Assembly: GCA_017515635.1 (NCBI GenBank)
Contig: JAFWFO010000001.1
Location: 1,162-65,161 of the forward strand
Origin: Selenomonadaceae bacterium
GTDB taxonomy: Bacteria; Bacillota; Negativicutes; Selenomonadales; Selenomonadaceae
Length of the DNA: 64,000 nucleotides
Reading direction: 5' to 3'
Shown here: piece after piece, positions 63,969-64,000 of the stretch
Layout of the letters: each line of letters begins with the position of its first letter
How positions within the stretch are numbered: the first letter of the stretch is position 1
Position numbers and translations under genes: made by a program
Notes under the pieces: model-generated
The model's input: the letters and a program-made list of their open reading frames with translations, nothing else
Told to the model about the DNA's origin: nothing
Database searches by the model: none

Positions 63969-64000
63969 GCGGTGTTCGCTGACGTGAAAGTCAACGGGAA

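Overview
A 64-kb, gene-dense chromosomal window with about 66 supportable CDS. There are no rRNA or tRNA genes, no CRISPR array and no transposase.

Lineage signals are mixed. LPS-core genes (GT9 heptosyltransferase, GmhB, VirK) and an RND/MFP pump indicate a diderm. CtsR and class-3 FBPase are Firmicutes-type markers. A Nif11 leader and heptamer repeats resemble cyanobacterial features.

Gene order:
- a partial spermidine-synthase-like gene;
- a dcw cluster (murE-murF-mraY-murD-murG-murC::ddl-ftsQ) that lacks ftsW, ftsA and ftsZ and has a small accessory module at four of its gene junctions (hicAB, a four-helix-bundle 'IVS' protein, dinJ-PIN, an unknown ORF plus DUF4160);
- sstT, a PPi-type phosphofructokinase, PBP2, an Orn/Lys/Arg decarboxylase, a GGDEF protein, a GntR regulator behind a long structured leader, and mfd;
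- a class-3 FBPase interrupted by one in-frame TAG;
- TPR, PRC-barrel and acidic-repeat envelope proteins, then lgt;
- an LPS-core glycosyltransferase cluster carrying an orphan vapD, then ctsR;
- an FMN-riboswitch riboflavin operon in which ribD is missing and three paralogous secreted proteins plus a fourth secreted ORF are interleaved with ribE, ribBA and ribH;
- a minus-strand cluster of five double-glycine-leader precursors (one Nif11-type and four 113-123-aa paralogs), built as repeated promoter/leader/terminator cassettes directly downstream of an MFP-RND pair;
- housekeeping genes (gamma-CA, cca, guaB, ecfT, truA, a histidine phosphatase, trkAH, a catalytically degenerate P-type-ATPase-like protein, a 2-hydroxyacid dehydrogenase, a CobT-like gene).

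At the genome-architecture level, three families of heptanucleotide tandem repeats, often hairpin-forming, sit exactly on gene boundaries and supply several stop codons. A dispersed intergenic element of about 30-90 nt occurs three times.

All calls come from reading the sequence and motifs. No database search was run.
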